64,000 nt of DNA, taken from positions 124,001-188,000 of the forward strand of contig NIVC01001561.1 in assembly GCA_002269645.1 (NCBI GenBank), read 5' to 3'. The translations under genes were made by a program, and so were the position numbers. Under the pieces are notes generated by a model, which was not told the DNA's origin, did no database searches, and was given only the letters and a program-made list of their open reading frames with translations. This DNA is from Macrostomum lignano. Lineage: Eukaryota. This document shows positions 24,301 to 39,300 of this stretch, one piece after another (position 1 is the stretch's first letter; the number at the start of each line of letters is the position of its first letter).

Positions 24301-27300
24301 CTTCTTCTTTGGCGGCGGGTCGATGAGGCCCTGCGTCTCGCTCATCTGCCGGCTGGGCGGCTGCTGCGTCTGCAGGGAGGCCGCGTCGGCGGCGTCAGCC
24401 TGCGTGCGGTGCCGCGCGAGTTTCGGTGGCGGTGTTCATTGGACCAGTCAGTCTACTTGAGGAGTCTGCTTGAGCACTTGTCTTTTTTTCACGAGTTTTT
24501 TTGTTTAATTAGGTCAACTGTTTTGGTGAATTATCGAATCTCGTTGACTTGTTGACCCATCGACCCATTGACCCAAGCAACCCTCCCCGACTCTTCAACA
24601 ATGCTCGGCCCAAGTGTGCAATTGTCTACAAGAGGTCAGACTAGTAGACAGTACTAGATGGACAGCTCTACAGTTCAAGATTATAGATAGAGAATTCAGA
24701 CAGACAGACTTTAAACCATTAACTCGCGTTCTGCGTGCTTCGACATGCGCAAGAAGAAAACGCGCCATAACTACTCATAAAACAGCATGCAAGAGCAAAA
24801 AGATAGCTCTAGTTTATTATAGGTACTAAAATAATTTCTTTTTCCAAACCTTGAACTCGTCTGGATTAACGGTGTCCTTAATCTTTTCGAAATTGCTCTT
24901 AATTCCCTGAAAGAAGTCCTGATTGTGGCGCGACAATCAAGTTGCACGGGGTTGAACAAAAATTAAACAAAATCGCATCTCAAAACATTACGCAGCTGAA
25001 AGAGCTATAATAACTAATTTAGCACCTTTGCATTGACAACTTATAACTGTAAAAATATTCACACGCAGCTGCTATGAGCTACAATTCGAAATTTAAAGGG
25101 AACTGAAAATCGAGTTTCAATCTGTAACCTCTTACCTGAGTGCTTTTTTGAAGACCCTGCTTTAACTCGATATTAACTATTAAGTTAGAAACATTTTTAC
25201 AGGGATATCCGGGTTAGACATAAACTTACGAGTATGTTGAAGAATCACCTTTTACCAAACACATTTCTATACGAGACCAGGCTGTCCGGAACTACTTTGC
25301 AAGCTATGTACATTATGCTGGACAGTCACCACCATGGATAACTACACTGAGCTTTCTGATTTTTTCATGAAAACGATTACACAGATGGCCTAACAGCTAA
25401 CATTAATCAAATTTAGTTGGCGATATTCGTTGATAGATTTTGAAAACTTTGTGCGTGGTAAAAAATGGTATGAACTGTCATATAGTGGCTGGAGTCTACA
25501 AAAAAGTAGAGTCTGAATTAGGTGGTTATCGGAGTGACGTGGCTGCGGAGTGAGGTGGCTGTGGAGTGAGGTGGCTGCGGAGTGGGGTGGCTGCGGAGTG
25601 GAGTGGCTGCGGAGTGGGGTGGATGCGGAGTGGAGTGGCTGCGGAGTGGGGTGGATGCAGAGTGAGATGACTGCGGAGTGAGGTGGCAGCGGAGTGGGGA
25701 GGCTGCGCTTATTTTTTAACAAAAACCCAACTGCACTTTTATGACAGTTCACGCCGCTTATTTTTTAGTGAAGTTTCATCTTTACAATCTTCACGTAGCA
25801 CAATAAGAGACGTGACTCATATAAGACGGAGTTGAAGACTAGCTGACACCTCTAAGCTACACAGAACACAACAATAGAATAATTACAAGGCAGTGCTCAA
25901 ACTGCCTCTCGAAAAGTCCCATAGCTGGATGGGTCGCACAGACACCTACTGGGTGGACGCTGGAAGCTGAATTTCCAGCTCCATCGCTTTGCTGTCTCTG
26001 CAGCTGCTGCTGGTCCTGTACAGTTGTTTTATTGCAAAGCGGTTCATTCAACTTTAGTTGATCGAATGCGCTCAGTTGATAAAAAGTGCATCTGGACACT
26101 TCTTTTCTTGCTCGGTTTGTATAAATGCGCTGGTACTATTGCTCGTATGAGCACAAGAAGCATCCAACCAGATGGCCTACTTACCTTGGCTTTTGTAGTG
26201 ACCTCCGTTTCGACCTTTGGCGCCAGATTGACAGGCCGTTCGTTCGAGTGGGCGTTCAGAAGCGCTGAAATGATTCGCGTTGCGGTGTTTAGCCACAGTT
26301 TCTTAGAATCTGCGTAGGTTTTTAGCTAGGAAGATTAGTGGGAATAAGAGAAGCGAGAGAGAGGGAAAGAAGCACAACAGCAACCGAATAAAAGCCGGAA
26401 GAGAGAAACGGAAACAGACGTTGCAGAGAAGCGGAAGAGAAGTACCAGAGAAGCGGAAGAGGAGTACCAGAGAAGCGAAATAGCTCGTAAAAGCGGTAGG
26501 AAAAGAGAAAAAGAAGACAGACGCAGAGAGCCCACAGGGAAGCCCAAGTGCGGATGTACAAGTGTAGATTCAGACTAGCTTAAGATGAATTTAGCTCGTA
26601 GAAGCGAAACGTAGCTTTGAAACCTCTCGGTCGCGAGTGCGCCCACGACTGGCTGAATGTACACACTATTAACACAGATCTAGACACCCGTAAACACCCA
26701 TTAAATGCGTAGGTTTTACATAAAACACACTCACCAGGAAAGTTGGAGATAGCGTCGAACTCTTCGCTGAGTGGCTCTGTGCGGTACTCGTCCAGACACT
26801 TGATCACGTGCAGGCCAACCATTGGCTTCCGGCCGAACTGGCGATGATCCCGAACCCGGATGTTCATGGGCGGCAAGTAGAGCGTCTCTTTCGGCAGCAT
26901 GACGTCCATGAACAGCAGCGGCTGTTGGAAGTTCGGATTCCGTTTGGTATTCTTGATCACGTCCGAGATGACTTGGTGGCCTCCGATTTCAAATTCCACA
27001 CTTGGCGAGGTGACGGACATCAGTTGGAAGCTCTGCATGTTGCGGACGCCCCAGCAGAGGATCTCTATGCCAGTGCGCTGCAGTACCGGTTTAATACCGT
27101 CGGGCACGACGAAAAGATCGGAGCCTCGTTTCGGCGGCGTTGGCGGCATCGGATCGGCCGACAGGAAGAGTTCGAACGCGGCCAGAAGCTCCCCGCCCTC
27201 CTTGCTGCCCTTTAAGATTGGGTGCCATTGCAGCACAGGGCGGCGCGGGTCTGTGGGGTCCAGCTTCACCATCGGTTGGACCAGGGCGCGGCCGAGGAAT

Positions 27301-30300
27301 TCATCCTCACCAAGCTGGTCCGCGTCGAATATCTCGACGACAACCTGGCGAAGCGAATCGGGTGGGTGGTTAAGCGTGGAATGACCGATACATGCGGTTA
27401 CATGCTGAGCATGTCGGAATGTACTTTTTGAGACAAGGTTATTTAAGTTACTTAGCAATCAATGTAGCTTTAAAAGCATTTTTTGGGTTACGTTGGATTA
27501 GGCTCTACGTGTGTACGAGTTGGGTTGAAATTGCAGGAAACTTGAGTCAGATTGTAAGCTACGACGCATTTTTCTAATGATGTAGGTTTTCAAGTTAGTT
27601 TTTGGCTTATTTGTGTCACGCTTTTAGGTTATTTGGGTCAAATTGTAGGCTATTTGTGTCAATTTGTAGGTTATTTGGGTCAAATTGTAGGTTATTTGCG
27701 TCAACTTGTAGGTTATTTGCGTCAAATTGTAGGTTATTTGCGTCAACTTGTAGGTTATTTGGGTCAAATTGTAGGTTATTTGCGTCAACTTGTAGGTTAT
27801 TTGCGTCAAATTGTAGGTTATTTGCGTCAAATTGTAGGTTATATGTCTCAGGCTTATAGGTGTTCGTAAAACGCTAGAATTTAAAGTCATCCTGAATCAG
27901 ATGTTAGGTGAGTTAGTTCGAATGCGTCCAATGATCAGGCCATAAACCGTAAAACCAATTTCGAGATTTAAAAAGCCCAAGCGCAAATTTTTGGCTCAAT
28001 TTACCGGCGGTGGATTGGCCTCGATGCTGTAGGGATCGCTGAACATTTCGACATTGTCGAATATAAGCGTCTGGTCCCAGGTCGGGCAGAGCGATTGGTC
28101 GATGGTCTCAGTGACGCCGGATCTGGTGTGGAAGCAGACCCTGGCGTAGGGGTCCGAGAGGCCGGACTGGTCGCCAGCCAGCAGGTCGCGGGCTTGGAAA
28201 ACGTAGGCGCGCAGCTGCCACTTGCGAGAGTCTGTCGGGGCGATGGAAGTACATTGGGGACTTTGAAATGAATTTGAAATGACAGTCTATCCGCAGCCAG
28301 CAAGGAGGCAGGCAGTCATGCCATTCCGCTGACCCCTGAGCACGCACACATGCTGTAGCTACCGTCAGGCATGTACACACTCTGTGCATTGGGGGTTGGC
28401 CTGAATCAGAAGCCCGGCCCTGACCATAATCTGACAATAACAATCTGAATATTACCTGTAGTTTTCACGGAGATTTGACAAGAATCAACCTCAGAACAGA
28501 CCATCGGTCTGACCTAACCTACCCTAGAACATTCCTTCGAGTTATAGAAGCTTCTTACTTGAAGACCGTCTTCTATAAGCTACCATCTTTGCGATTTTTT
28601 ACACCCAAATAGATTGTTTAAGAGTCGTTAAGGTGCGATTGCATCATCCAGAAAGTAAACTCGAACCCACCTCCTAAATATTTGACTCTGAGAACTGACT
28701 ACTAGATGATTATGCATCAGTATTACAGATTTTATTAAACAGATCAGCCAACAAAGGTCATTTAGGTCTACTCACTGTCGTATAGCAAAACCATCCTTGG
28801 TGCCGCCATCAAGGCTTTCTGAAACATTCAATAATGCTTTATCTTTTAGATTTCATTCATGGAAAATATTTTCGTTAAAATTTGTTAGTTGATTAAACGG
28901 CATTAGCTAGTGTTCAAACTTCATTTAGCCATGCTGCTAAATAGCAAACGTTTATTAGAGTATCATACATTAGTTCGTAGTTGAAAAGCTGTTTGATTAT
29001 CAAAATTAGTACAAGAAGCAGGCTAGAACATTGGGGATTAATATATTTGATTTGCCAAAACACTACATTTTATGACTTGGTTTATACGTTCGTGATTCAT
29101 TTTACCCTGGCAGACGACTGAAAGATGGATAGTTTTTTTATATGTATTAGACAAAAAAGTACCTGTCCAGACCTATCCCGTGCCTTAGCCCTAGATCTGT
29201 TTTTATTGGCTCCGAGACCCACCTATAGCAGATTCTTTCCTCAGCTTCAACCTGATTCGCTATCAGATCTACCACACCGCCCGCCCCGCCACCCCTCTCC
29301 ACCCCGCTTCTATGTCTATCCCTAGCTCTGCACTGATTGGCTGACAGGCCACTTACATTGTCGCCGGACGATTCGGTCATGTTGAAGAAGCACGGCGCTC
29401 CAGGCTTAGTAGGCACCATTTTCCTGTGCCAGCGGCGCCGACGGACCATGTCCACTGGGCGCTTGTTGGTGTGAAACTTCTGGCCGAACCCGATGGCGTA
29501 CTCCCAGCACTGCTCCGGGTCCGTGATCTCAGCCGGCTGAAATTAAATTCAAAATTTATAGCAAAATTCATATTCCTTTTTTCGCTGACAGATTTACGTC
29601 TGAAAGAATTTTTTTAGCGAATACACGTCAGTGAGGCGCATCAAACGATGCATTGTGAGCCAAAATGTTTTAGTCAAAAGCTAGGAAATCGTTATAATCA
29701 GCATGCATTAGATTTTGAAAGATGCTAAATATATTACTGAAAGCTTGCTTACTCCTTTCCGGGGCTGAAAGTAAAGTGAAGCGTTACTTTTTAGAGTTAT
29801 AGAGTTGCGTACGGGATATTGCCCTCAGCGTGCACAAAGGAGATCCTCAAAACGCGGTGGGGTAGCCAAGGGGGTTGGGCCAAAGGCATTCTCGATTACG
29901 GAAGCCTCAAAATAAACGGTTGGCCTAGTGCGATTCTCAGCTAGGCAGAGCCTCAAATGGGGTGGGTGCAGTTAAGCGGGTTGGCCTAGTGCGATTCTCA
30001 GCAAGGCAGAGCCTCAAATGGGGTGGGTGCAGTTGAGCGGGTTGGCCTAGTGCAATTCTCAGCTAGGCAGAGCCTCAAATGGGGTGGGTGCAGTTAAGCG
30101 GGTTGGCCTAGTGCGATTCTCAGCAAGGCAGAGCCTCAAATGGGGTGGGTGTAGGTAAGCGGGTTGTCATAGTGCGATTCTCAGCAAGGCAGAGCCTCAA
30201 ATGGGGTGGGTGTAGGTAAGCGGGTTGGTCTAGTGCGATTCTCAGCAAGGCAGAGCCTCAAATGGGGTGGGTGTAGGTAAGCGGGTTGTCATAGTGCGAT

Positions 30301-33300
30301 TCTCAGCTAGGCAGAGCCTCAAATGGGGTGGGTGTAGGTAAGCGGGTTGTCATGGTGCGATTCTCAGCTAGGCAGAGCCTCAAATGGGGTGGGTGTAGGT
30401 AAGCGGGTTGTCATGGTGCGATTCTCAGCTAGGCAGAGCCTCAAATGGGGTGGGTGTAGGTAAGCGGGTTGTCATAGTGCGATTCTCAGCCAGCCAGAGT
30501 CCCACTATAATGGGAGTCGCGGTACCAACCTGATTCTCTTCTACCGCAGCGGCTTGCGCCAGAACGCGTGCTCGAATGTAGCGCCTGCGCCGACACATGT
30601 GAAACATTTTCTCCACTGGAACGTAGCCGCCCATGGATGCCTCCACCGTGTACTCCCAGCCCTCCTCGTCGCAGGGCCGGTTGAAGTCCACCTTCCACTC
30701 GTCCTTCCAGCGCCAGCCTTCTGGCAGCTTGACGCTCTGCATGTCGCTGTACGGATCGCCTTTGACGTCAGTGTACTTCACTTTGGCGTCCTGCCAAGCG
30801 CCGCCAGGCAGACGGGTCTCGTTCACGTAGACGTCCTCGGTGAATTCCGAGTGCCCGGCGTCTTTGTCGTAGAACAGGCTGAGCTCGGGGCTCACGTACC
30901 AGTCTTTGTCCCACTTCCAGCCTGGCGGCGGGTTCAGCTTCTCTTTGAGGATCTCAACTCGACCGGACGCGTCCGACCAGGCCGGCCGGCCGGGCCCGTT
31001 CTTCATCCACTTGATGATGAACCATTCGTTCTCGTAAGTCTCGGCCAGGACTGACAGGTTGCCCTCGCGCTGCATCTTGTGCCATTCGTTCTCGTCCTTC
31101 TCGTGGCCAAGCCACACCATGAGGCGGACAAGGGCCGGGATTTGCAGCTTGGGGTCGTCCGACTTCACCGTTGGCGACTGCGGGTGGCGAGTGCGATTTC
31201 CATCTGGTTAGCTGCGTCTCAAAATGCAGAACAAAAGTAATCTTCATTGATGTTGCGCTTTGTGATTGCCAAGGACTACTCAAGCACAAAAATGATTACT
31301 GCTTTTGATAGAATGGAGACCAAGTATTCATATTTTTATGTCGCCTTCTAATAGCACTACTGATAATTATAAAGGTTTTCGTTTAGAAAATTTGGGTTCT
31401 ATGTTAATATTACATCATGTTTGTTTATGTTTATTGCTTTATATTTGCTGAAAAAATGAAAACTTATCTCCGTAATGTACTTTTTCGGTAAAACCGAAAT
31501 TTTCCAAGAAACGTTGTTTCTCTTCCTTCTACTTGACTAGTCCTTGGTGATTGTTCCTGCCAATAAACAGTAGCTGTACCGTTTTGTTTTATTTCAATTT
31601 TTTATGCGATTATTTCCTACTTTAGAAATTTTCATACTAATTAATAGTTGACGAGTTAAAACAAAACTTTCTGCGCATTTAGAAAAGAGTGATTCATAAT
31701 TGCCAAATGTGCGCTTATATAGTGAGAAGCTGGGGATGCAGAATCCATTAGTGACTGCAACTTGTGCCAATGCAAGTGACTATAGGAAGCTCAGTTTCTG
31801 TAAACGTTTTTTTACAGAAAAACATGCAAAAAAAGAATCAAGCAACATCGGTTTACCGGAACATCGCCAAAGCTGCTCAACAATTGAGTTCGAAATCTTT
31901 GCGGATACTGAAGTCAGGAGTCGTGATATCCGTTGTATTGAATTACTAGAAACATCAACTTTGACGGGTGAGTCGTTTAGTTAGTGCAGCAATTAGTGGG
32001 AAAACTTTTGGCATGCATTCCACATAGTAAAAAGTTTAATTTTTAGAGCTAGCTACGTTCGTGATATAATTGAACCCAGGTGCAGGTGATGCTGTCGCTC
32101 AAGACTTCTTCAGCTGGACCCCATTCTGTACAGAACTTCTACTAATAACTCTGCGCTCTCGGATGGCGATATTTCTTTGCCCGCTATGCAAACTTAAGCG
32201 CCACACTCTATACTTTCTACTTGTCAGTAGACGAATTCTGTAATTGCCTAGATTATAATATATATTACAGGATATTATGTGAATCCTGTACATATGATGG
32301 CGAGGTGCTAGAGAGGCCGCCCCTCACCGTAATCGGCTGGCAAAAGTATGTGGCGCCCTCTCAAACGAAATGGCACCCTCTCAAACGAAACGGCGCCCCT
32401 CAAACAAAATGGCGCCCTCTCAAACGAAACGGCGCCCTCTCAAACAAAATGGCGCCCCTCTCAAACGAAATGGCGCCCTCTCAAACGAAATGGCGCCCCC
32501 TCAAACGAAATGGCGCCCCATTTAGATGAAATGGCACCCTTTCAAACAAAATGGCGCCCTCTAAAACAAAATGGCGCCCTCTCAAACAAAATGGCGCCCC
32601 TCTCAAACGAAATGGCGCCCCTCTCAAACGAAATAGCGCCCTCTCAAACGAAATGGCGCCCTCTCAAACAAAATGACGCCCTCTCAAACGAAATGGCGCC
32701 CTCTCAAACGAAATGGCACCTCTCAAACGAAATGGCGCCCCCTCAAACGAAATGGTGCCCTATTTAGATGAAATGGCACCCTTTCAAACAAAATGGCGCC
32801 CTCTAAAACGAAATGGCGCCCTCTCAAACAAAATGGCGCCCTCTCAAACGAAACGGCGCCCTCTCAAACAAAATGACGCCTTCACTCCAATGAAGCGTCC
32901 ACCCTAATGAAAAATCCTGGCTACACACCGTATACAGTGAATTATATTTTAACACTCTAATCCATGTAAATCTATGATATGATTATGCATTATGGTATTA
33001 TTTTAGCCAATGAGGCTACATAATTGAATACATCTAATACATTTATTACATTTAATTAACACAACCCAATAGTTAATTGGTTAATAAATTTCAGCAAACA
33101 ATCCAAAACAAATCTGTGATAAATTAGAAAGTTAGACAAACGATGTCAGATAGACAGCTAATTAATCACGGGATTTGGAAACAATTAGTTACGCATTCCA
33201 TTATATACATCCAATTGAACCAGCCTCACCTTAAGGAATTGCTGAAATCCAAATTGGTGCAATATTTTGAAAATATAATAAAAACATGCTATAATTATAG

Positions 33301-36300
33301 ATGGAAAATTAGCCAAGTTAAAGACACGTACTTAAGTTTAAATACTACGATAAAGGTTTAGAATAGGAATATCTGATTTGAGGAAACAGCTGCCAACAAA
33401 ACGGAGTCCGTAACCCAGAGTAGTATAGCTTACCTTGAATTGCACGTTCTGCACTTTACCGCAGAACTTGCCGCAAAAATCTTCGTTTTTGCTAAACAGC
33501 ACTTCGTAGGCAGGAATTCGGTAATAGGCGATCCGCTTGTCGGCGCACAGCATCCAAATCACCACATCCGGGAACGAGTTCTGAGGCTGTGAGGTCGGAT
33601 TTCAGGAGGGGTTGAAACTGCTTTTAACAAACTAATACAAGCTAGGCTGTGTCTCACTGGCCATAGACTGAAATATGTATTGTGTCTTAGTGGCCATAGA
33701 CTGAATATGTATTGTGTCTTTGTGGCATTGACTGAATATGTATTGTGTCTTAGTGGCCATAGACTGAATATGTATTGTGTCTTACTGGCCATAGACTGAA
33801 ATATGTATTGTGTCTTAGTGGCCGTAGACTGAATATGTATTGTGTCTTAGTGGCCATTGACTGAATATGTATTGTGTCTTACTGGCCATAGACTGAAATA
33901 TGTATTGTGTCTTAGTGGCCGTAGACTGAATATGTATTGTGTCTTTGTGGCATTGACTGAATATGTATTGTGTCTTACTGGCCATAGACTGAATATGTAT
34001 TGTGTCTTACTGGCCATAGACTGAAATATGTATTGTGTCTTAGTGGCCGTAGACTGAATATGTATTGTGTCTTAGTGGCCATTGACTGAATATGTATTGT
34101 GTCTTACTGGCCATAGACTGAAATATGTATTGTGTCTTAGTGGCCGTAGACTGAATATGTATTGTGTCTTTGTGGCATTGACTGAATATGTATTGTGTCT
34201 TACTGGCCATAGACTGAATATGTATTGTGTCCTACTGGCCATAGACTGAATATGTATTGTGTCTTAGTGGCATTCACTGAATATGTATTGTGTCTTAGTG
34301 GCCATAGACTGAATAGGTATTGTGTTTTACTGGTCATAGACGGAATATGTATTTTACTGGTCATAGACGGAATATGTGTTTTACTGGCCATAGACTGAAT
34401 ATGTATTGTCTTACTGGCCATAGACTGAATAGATCGTGTCTTATTAGCCAAACTAGCAGACTGAATAGATGTCTTACTGGCCTGGTCAGAGACTGAATAT
34501 GTAGCTAATGTGTCTTACCAGATTTTGTACCTACGCAGACTCAATGCTCGTTTTAAGAGGAAAGTAGTAAAGAGTCAGCAAGCAACAATCGAGTCTGTTC
34601 CCCAGCACCTTACCTCGATTGCGATGGCTCGAATCTGATTTCTAAACGAATCCAACTCGTTGACGGCCTCCTCAACCGAGGTGCACTCTTCGCGCAGCTT
34701 GCTGGCCGCGCGACGAATGTTTTTTAATTCGTTTTCGCGCAACGACTGCAGGTTGAGGTCGAGCTCGTTGGCTGGACTCTGGCCCGGCTCCCATTCGGGC
34801 AAGTCTTTGCTGAAGGAGGGAGTTTTGAATAATCCATGTATCCAACTGATAGATTCAAGATTCACTGGTCGGTTTTATCGAACTATATATTTGTCTCGGA
34901 ACGCCAAATTGCCATCGGGCGACATCGTCACACAACCAGCACTGACGGCAACACTGGCCATTCCGCTGACTCCTGACCACATGCAAGCGCGTCAATACTA
35001 CCCGCAGGCACGCACTCATGCACACGCTCATACAGGGTGTACAGTGGCACTTTGACTTTCTAATCGTCAGGCATGTACACTGTTGACGTAACGGAATCAA
35101 ACTGGGGGTCGTGTTTACCACTGAGCCGCTCCGCCCCTTATTGAGCTTAGAAGTGTACGTTAATCTTTTTTAGGATTACCCAATGTGCTCTTGCACTTGT
35201 TGCTGGCTGCATTAAAACATTGGAGAACTTACTTGCACATCACAATGAGATCATCTATGGCAGCGATGGTGAACTGGGCTTGCTCTTCGTCCGGCAATTT
35301 GGCCTTAATCGCCACGTGGATCTTCTCGATGTTCTCGTCCTGGACGCGTTCGGAGGATGATGTGAGAGCGCGTTTTTTTTTTCAAGAGAAGAGTGGGCGC
35401 GCTCTCATCTCTTTCCCTCACCCTATTCTGTTTCCTAATCAAAGAAGAGAATGTTTTCCTTTAGCCCAAGCCCAACTTTAGCAGCGCCTTCTTAATGCGT
35501 CTTAGCATTCTGGAAACATCAACTTGATAAGTTTGTGAGTCATACGAGACTTTACTCGATAGCCCAGAAGATGCTGCCAGTTTAGCTTTTAAAAAGGCTG
35601 AATACTTTCACATTTTTTACCATTGCTACGAATTGTCTGTGAGAGATTCAATTTAGGCTACTGAGAAAAGTAGACCAATAAAGATTTGAGTCGCAAAATA
35701 TCTCACATAGCCCGAAAAATGTTGCATAAAAGAAACGTCTGTGCACACTAAGAGTGATGGGTGAGGACGGCGGGTGGCTATGACTGACTGAAGAAGGCAA
35801 AAAAGCCGGAAACCGGTCTCGGTCTGTCTGGCTCGACCCCCACCTTTTGTGGTCACATTATGCCACATTGACTGTCAAACCTAACGCTATCCTGAACCTA
35901 TAACCCTATAGCCTATAACTTGTCGGCAGTCTATCGTCGCGCTCTGAATACTAATTGGCGCGATCTAGTGTAGCTGTTCTTGCTAAATAAACAGTATAAA
36001 CTATAAAGAACTGAAGTGACAATCACCAGCTTCTCCAGGATTCTGTGCAGAAAATTGATGGAGTGCAGCCGGAATCCGATGTCCTCCCACTGGCTCTCCA
36101 CCACCGTACATGGCTTGGTGTTGCCCCACGGCAGGAAGTAAAAGTGCACGCCGTCGAACACCGCATTAGTCGGCTGCGTGGTCGACGCAGTCGGCGGTAC
36201 CGACTCGTCCAGCTTGTTGCCATAGTTACCGATGCTTATCTCAAATTCAACTGGCGCGTCCACCTCGGAGATCATACTGGCGCTGGAGAAGGCCGCGTGC

Positions 36301-39300
36301 AGGCGGTACTTCCGGCGGCGAAGGAACTTCTGCACCTTCAGCAGCTGGTCGTTGCCGATCTCTTCTTTGCTCTGCTCGGGCGTCTCGCCTAACTCGGTTT
36401 TCAGCTCGAGCAGCACGCGGCCCCGATAGGCGACGCCTTCGCCTTTGCCTTCGTTTAACGATTCGTATTGGTCGCCGAGTTCGGAGAATTCGCGCGGAGA
36501 TCCGTAGAAATTGACGAAGCAGGGCCCGAACATGGGCAGGTAGCCTGCGGGGTGGCGGTTGTCACGTCTCCTAGCTTTGATATTCTTGTTCAAAAATGCA
36601 CCCAAGATTTTTATATTGCTACTGACAGTAGCTTGTTTGAATTTGGCTTCTTCTTTGACTTTCTTTTATCACTTATTCAAGTTCTAGGATGAGACCACCC
36701 AGGCATTAAGATTATTGCTAAACTGCAATTTGAGAATGAGCCATCCGGCTTGTATTCTGTATTCTGCTTGACTTTTCAAAAAGTCAAAAGTTTATCAACT
36801 CTTAACCATTAATTGTTCCGATAATTGAATTCGGTACAAAAATTACAATAATTGTCTACCGAAAATGAAGTAAAAATCCGTAAATAAAAAAAGAAATAAT
36901 CTTCATGGAAAGCACTCGTTACCACGAAATATAGCTGCTTTGATGAATGCAACGAAGTTTCTGGTCAAGCGACGCTAGAGGTACTTTCAAATCATCAGGT
37001 ACAACACGAATCGAGGACCTCACTCCCCTACCAATGATCCTTCAGTGACTCACCAAAGCTACACTCTGATCCTTCAGTGACTCACCAAAGCTACCCTCTG
37101 ATCCTTCAGTGACTCACCAAAGCTACCCTCTGATCCTTCAGTGGCTCACCAAAGCTACACTCTGATCCTTCAGTGATTCACCAAAACTACCCTCTGATCC
37201 TTCAGTGATTCACCAAAACTACCCTCTGATCCTTCAGTGACTCACCAAAGCTACCCTCTGATCCTTCATTGACTCACCAAAGCCACTCTCTGATCCTTCA
37301 GTGACTCACCAAAGCTACCCTCTGATCCTTCAGTGACTCACCAAAGCCACTCTCTGATCCTTCAGTGACTCACCAAAGCTACCCCGAGATCCTTCAGTGA
37401 CTCACCAAAGCTACCCTCTGATCCTTCAGTGACTCATTAAAACAACCCTCTGATCCTTCAGTTTGGGTTAGTTCATTGAGTTTATGCTTTTATTTTATAT
37501 TTCCTGCAAGCTTCCACAGGTAAAAGAAGCGACCTCCATCGCGGGTTCGACTGCAGATTAGCGGAGGAATAAATCGAAGGGTAAACAGTAAAACAAACAG
37601 CTACCACTCTTTTTACCTTCCGAGTCTTTATCTGCAACAAAGAACAGATTTTTCGAAGGACGGTTTATCCAACCTCAACTAGTTCTACGGATTTGTACCT
37701 ATTTATACAAAAAATACAGTACAATGACGAACTTTATGAAAAAGGTTAGTCTAAATACCAAAAAGGTTGTGTCAGGTCAGGTTTCTTAATGGCAGGATTG
37801 ACAATGCTTCTGGCTGGGTGTCTGATTTTTAGAGGAAACCTATCAATGAGGAATTCATTGCGATTTTTTTCATAATTTCCCTCGAGCGTTGAACAAATGT
37901 TTTTGTCTCACCTGTGTCGCCTTGAGCTGAGATGAGCGGTATGTCGATGTAATTGGTTCCGATTATATCGTCTTCTGTCATGCGGTCCCTGAAATAATTT
38001 GTATCAAAATTAAGATTTGCGATATACTCTCTCTTCTCTGATTCGCTGACACAAGATTTAAATGTACATTGAGACCGATCATTGCTGGCAGCAAGACGCG
38101 ACGAAATTTAGCATTTTTCCCGATCATATGAGTGCCACTAGCTCTCCTCCCCTTATCTTCTTTCTATTGGCTACTGATAGCAATAAACCCCTTGCCAAGT
38201 TTAGCGAGTACATTGGCTTTCGATCCCTTCCCTTATCTCATTGGTTGATTAAGGAGGCCAATTTAAATGCGTACATAGGCTCTCGCTCCCTTCCCTTATC
38301 TCATTGATTCATTAAGGAGGCTAATTTATATGTGTACATTTGCTCTCGCGTACTTTCCCTCTTATTTTATTGGCTGAAGATCGCAATAAACCCTTGCCCA
38401 AGTTTAGTGCTACGCTAACCTCTCTCTCCCTTCCCCTCTTTCTTCGCTGATTGGCTGTCCGGAACGGCATTCACTCTTGCCCCTATTCCTCTCAAATCCG
38501 CTGGCCACTTACCAGTCAAACATCTGCAATTTGATTCTTTCGCACATTGACGGAAACTGCAGTCCCATGCGCAGTTCTTCATTCCACTCAGGATGGTCGT
38601 TTGTGTACTTTGTCTCGGTGCGAACCTCTTTGCCGGCAAATTGAAACACAAGATAAGGATCCACCAGCTCTTTCGTTGACGTGCCAGTGAAGATCTTCCT
38701 TACGCCTTGGAATATCTCCGTGTCCACTGAAGTCAGAAACAGAAAAATATAATTGTGCATGGCAGGAAACTGAACCATTAATTATCATTTCATCCAACGA
38801 CTCGAGATGGCTCTTAAGACTCACTTTTTGGCAGGTCCTCAGCCCGGTAGACCCTCAGCGTGAATGTCGCCGGCCGCAGCTGCACACCGGCGGGTCGCAA
38901 CAGGTTGGACTCGATGTCCTCATCCTCATCAGCGCTGCTCGCCTGCTTGAAGCTCTGCGGGTGGCAGGCGATGAGGGGCATTGTAATCGGTGGGAGACAA
39001 AGACACTGAGACAGACACTAATACAGACACTAAGATACAGCTGGCAGGCAGGCAGAAGACAGACAATAAGACGTTGACAGAAAGACAGCAGACAGACCCT
39101 AAGACACAGGCATGGAGCAAGACAGGCAAAAATACACAGGCACAAGGACAGCCAGCAGACAGGCACAAAGGCACAGCTAGCAGGCAGACACAAAGACACA
39201 GGCAGCATACAGACACAAAGACAGACAGCAGACGGGCACAAAGACACAGGCAGAAGACAGACACAAAGACACAGGCAGCAGACAGACACAAAGACACAGC

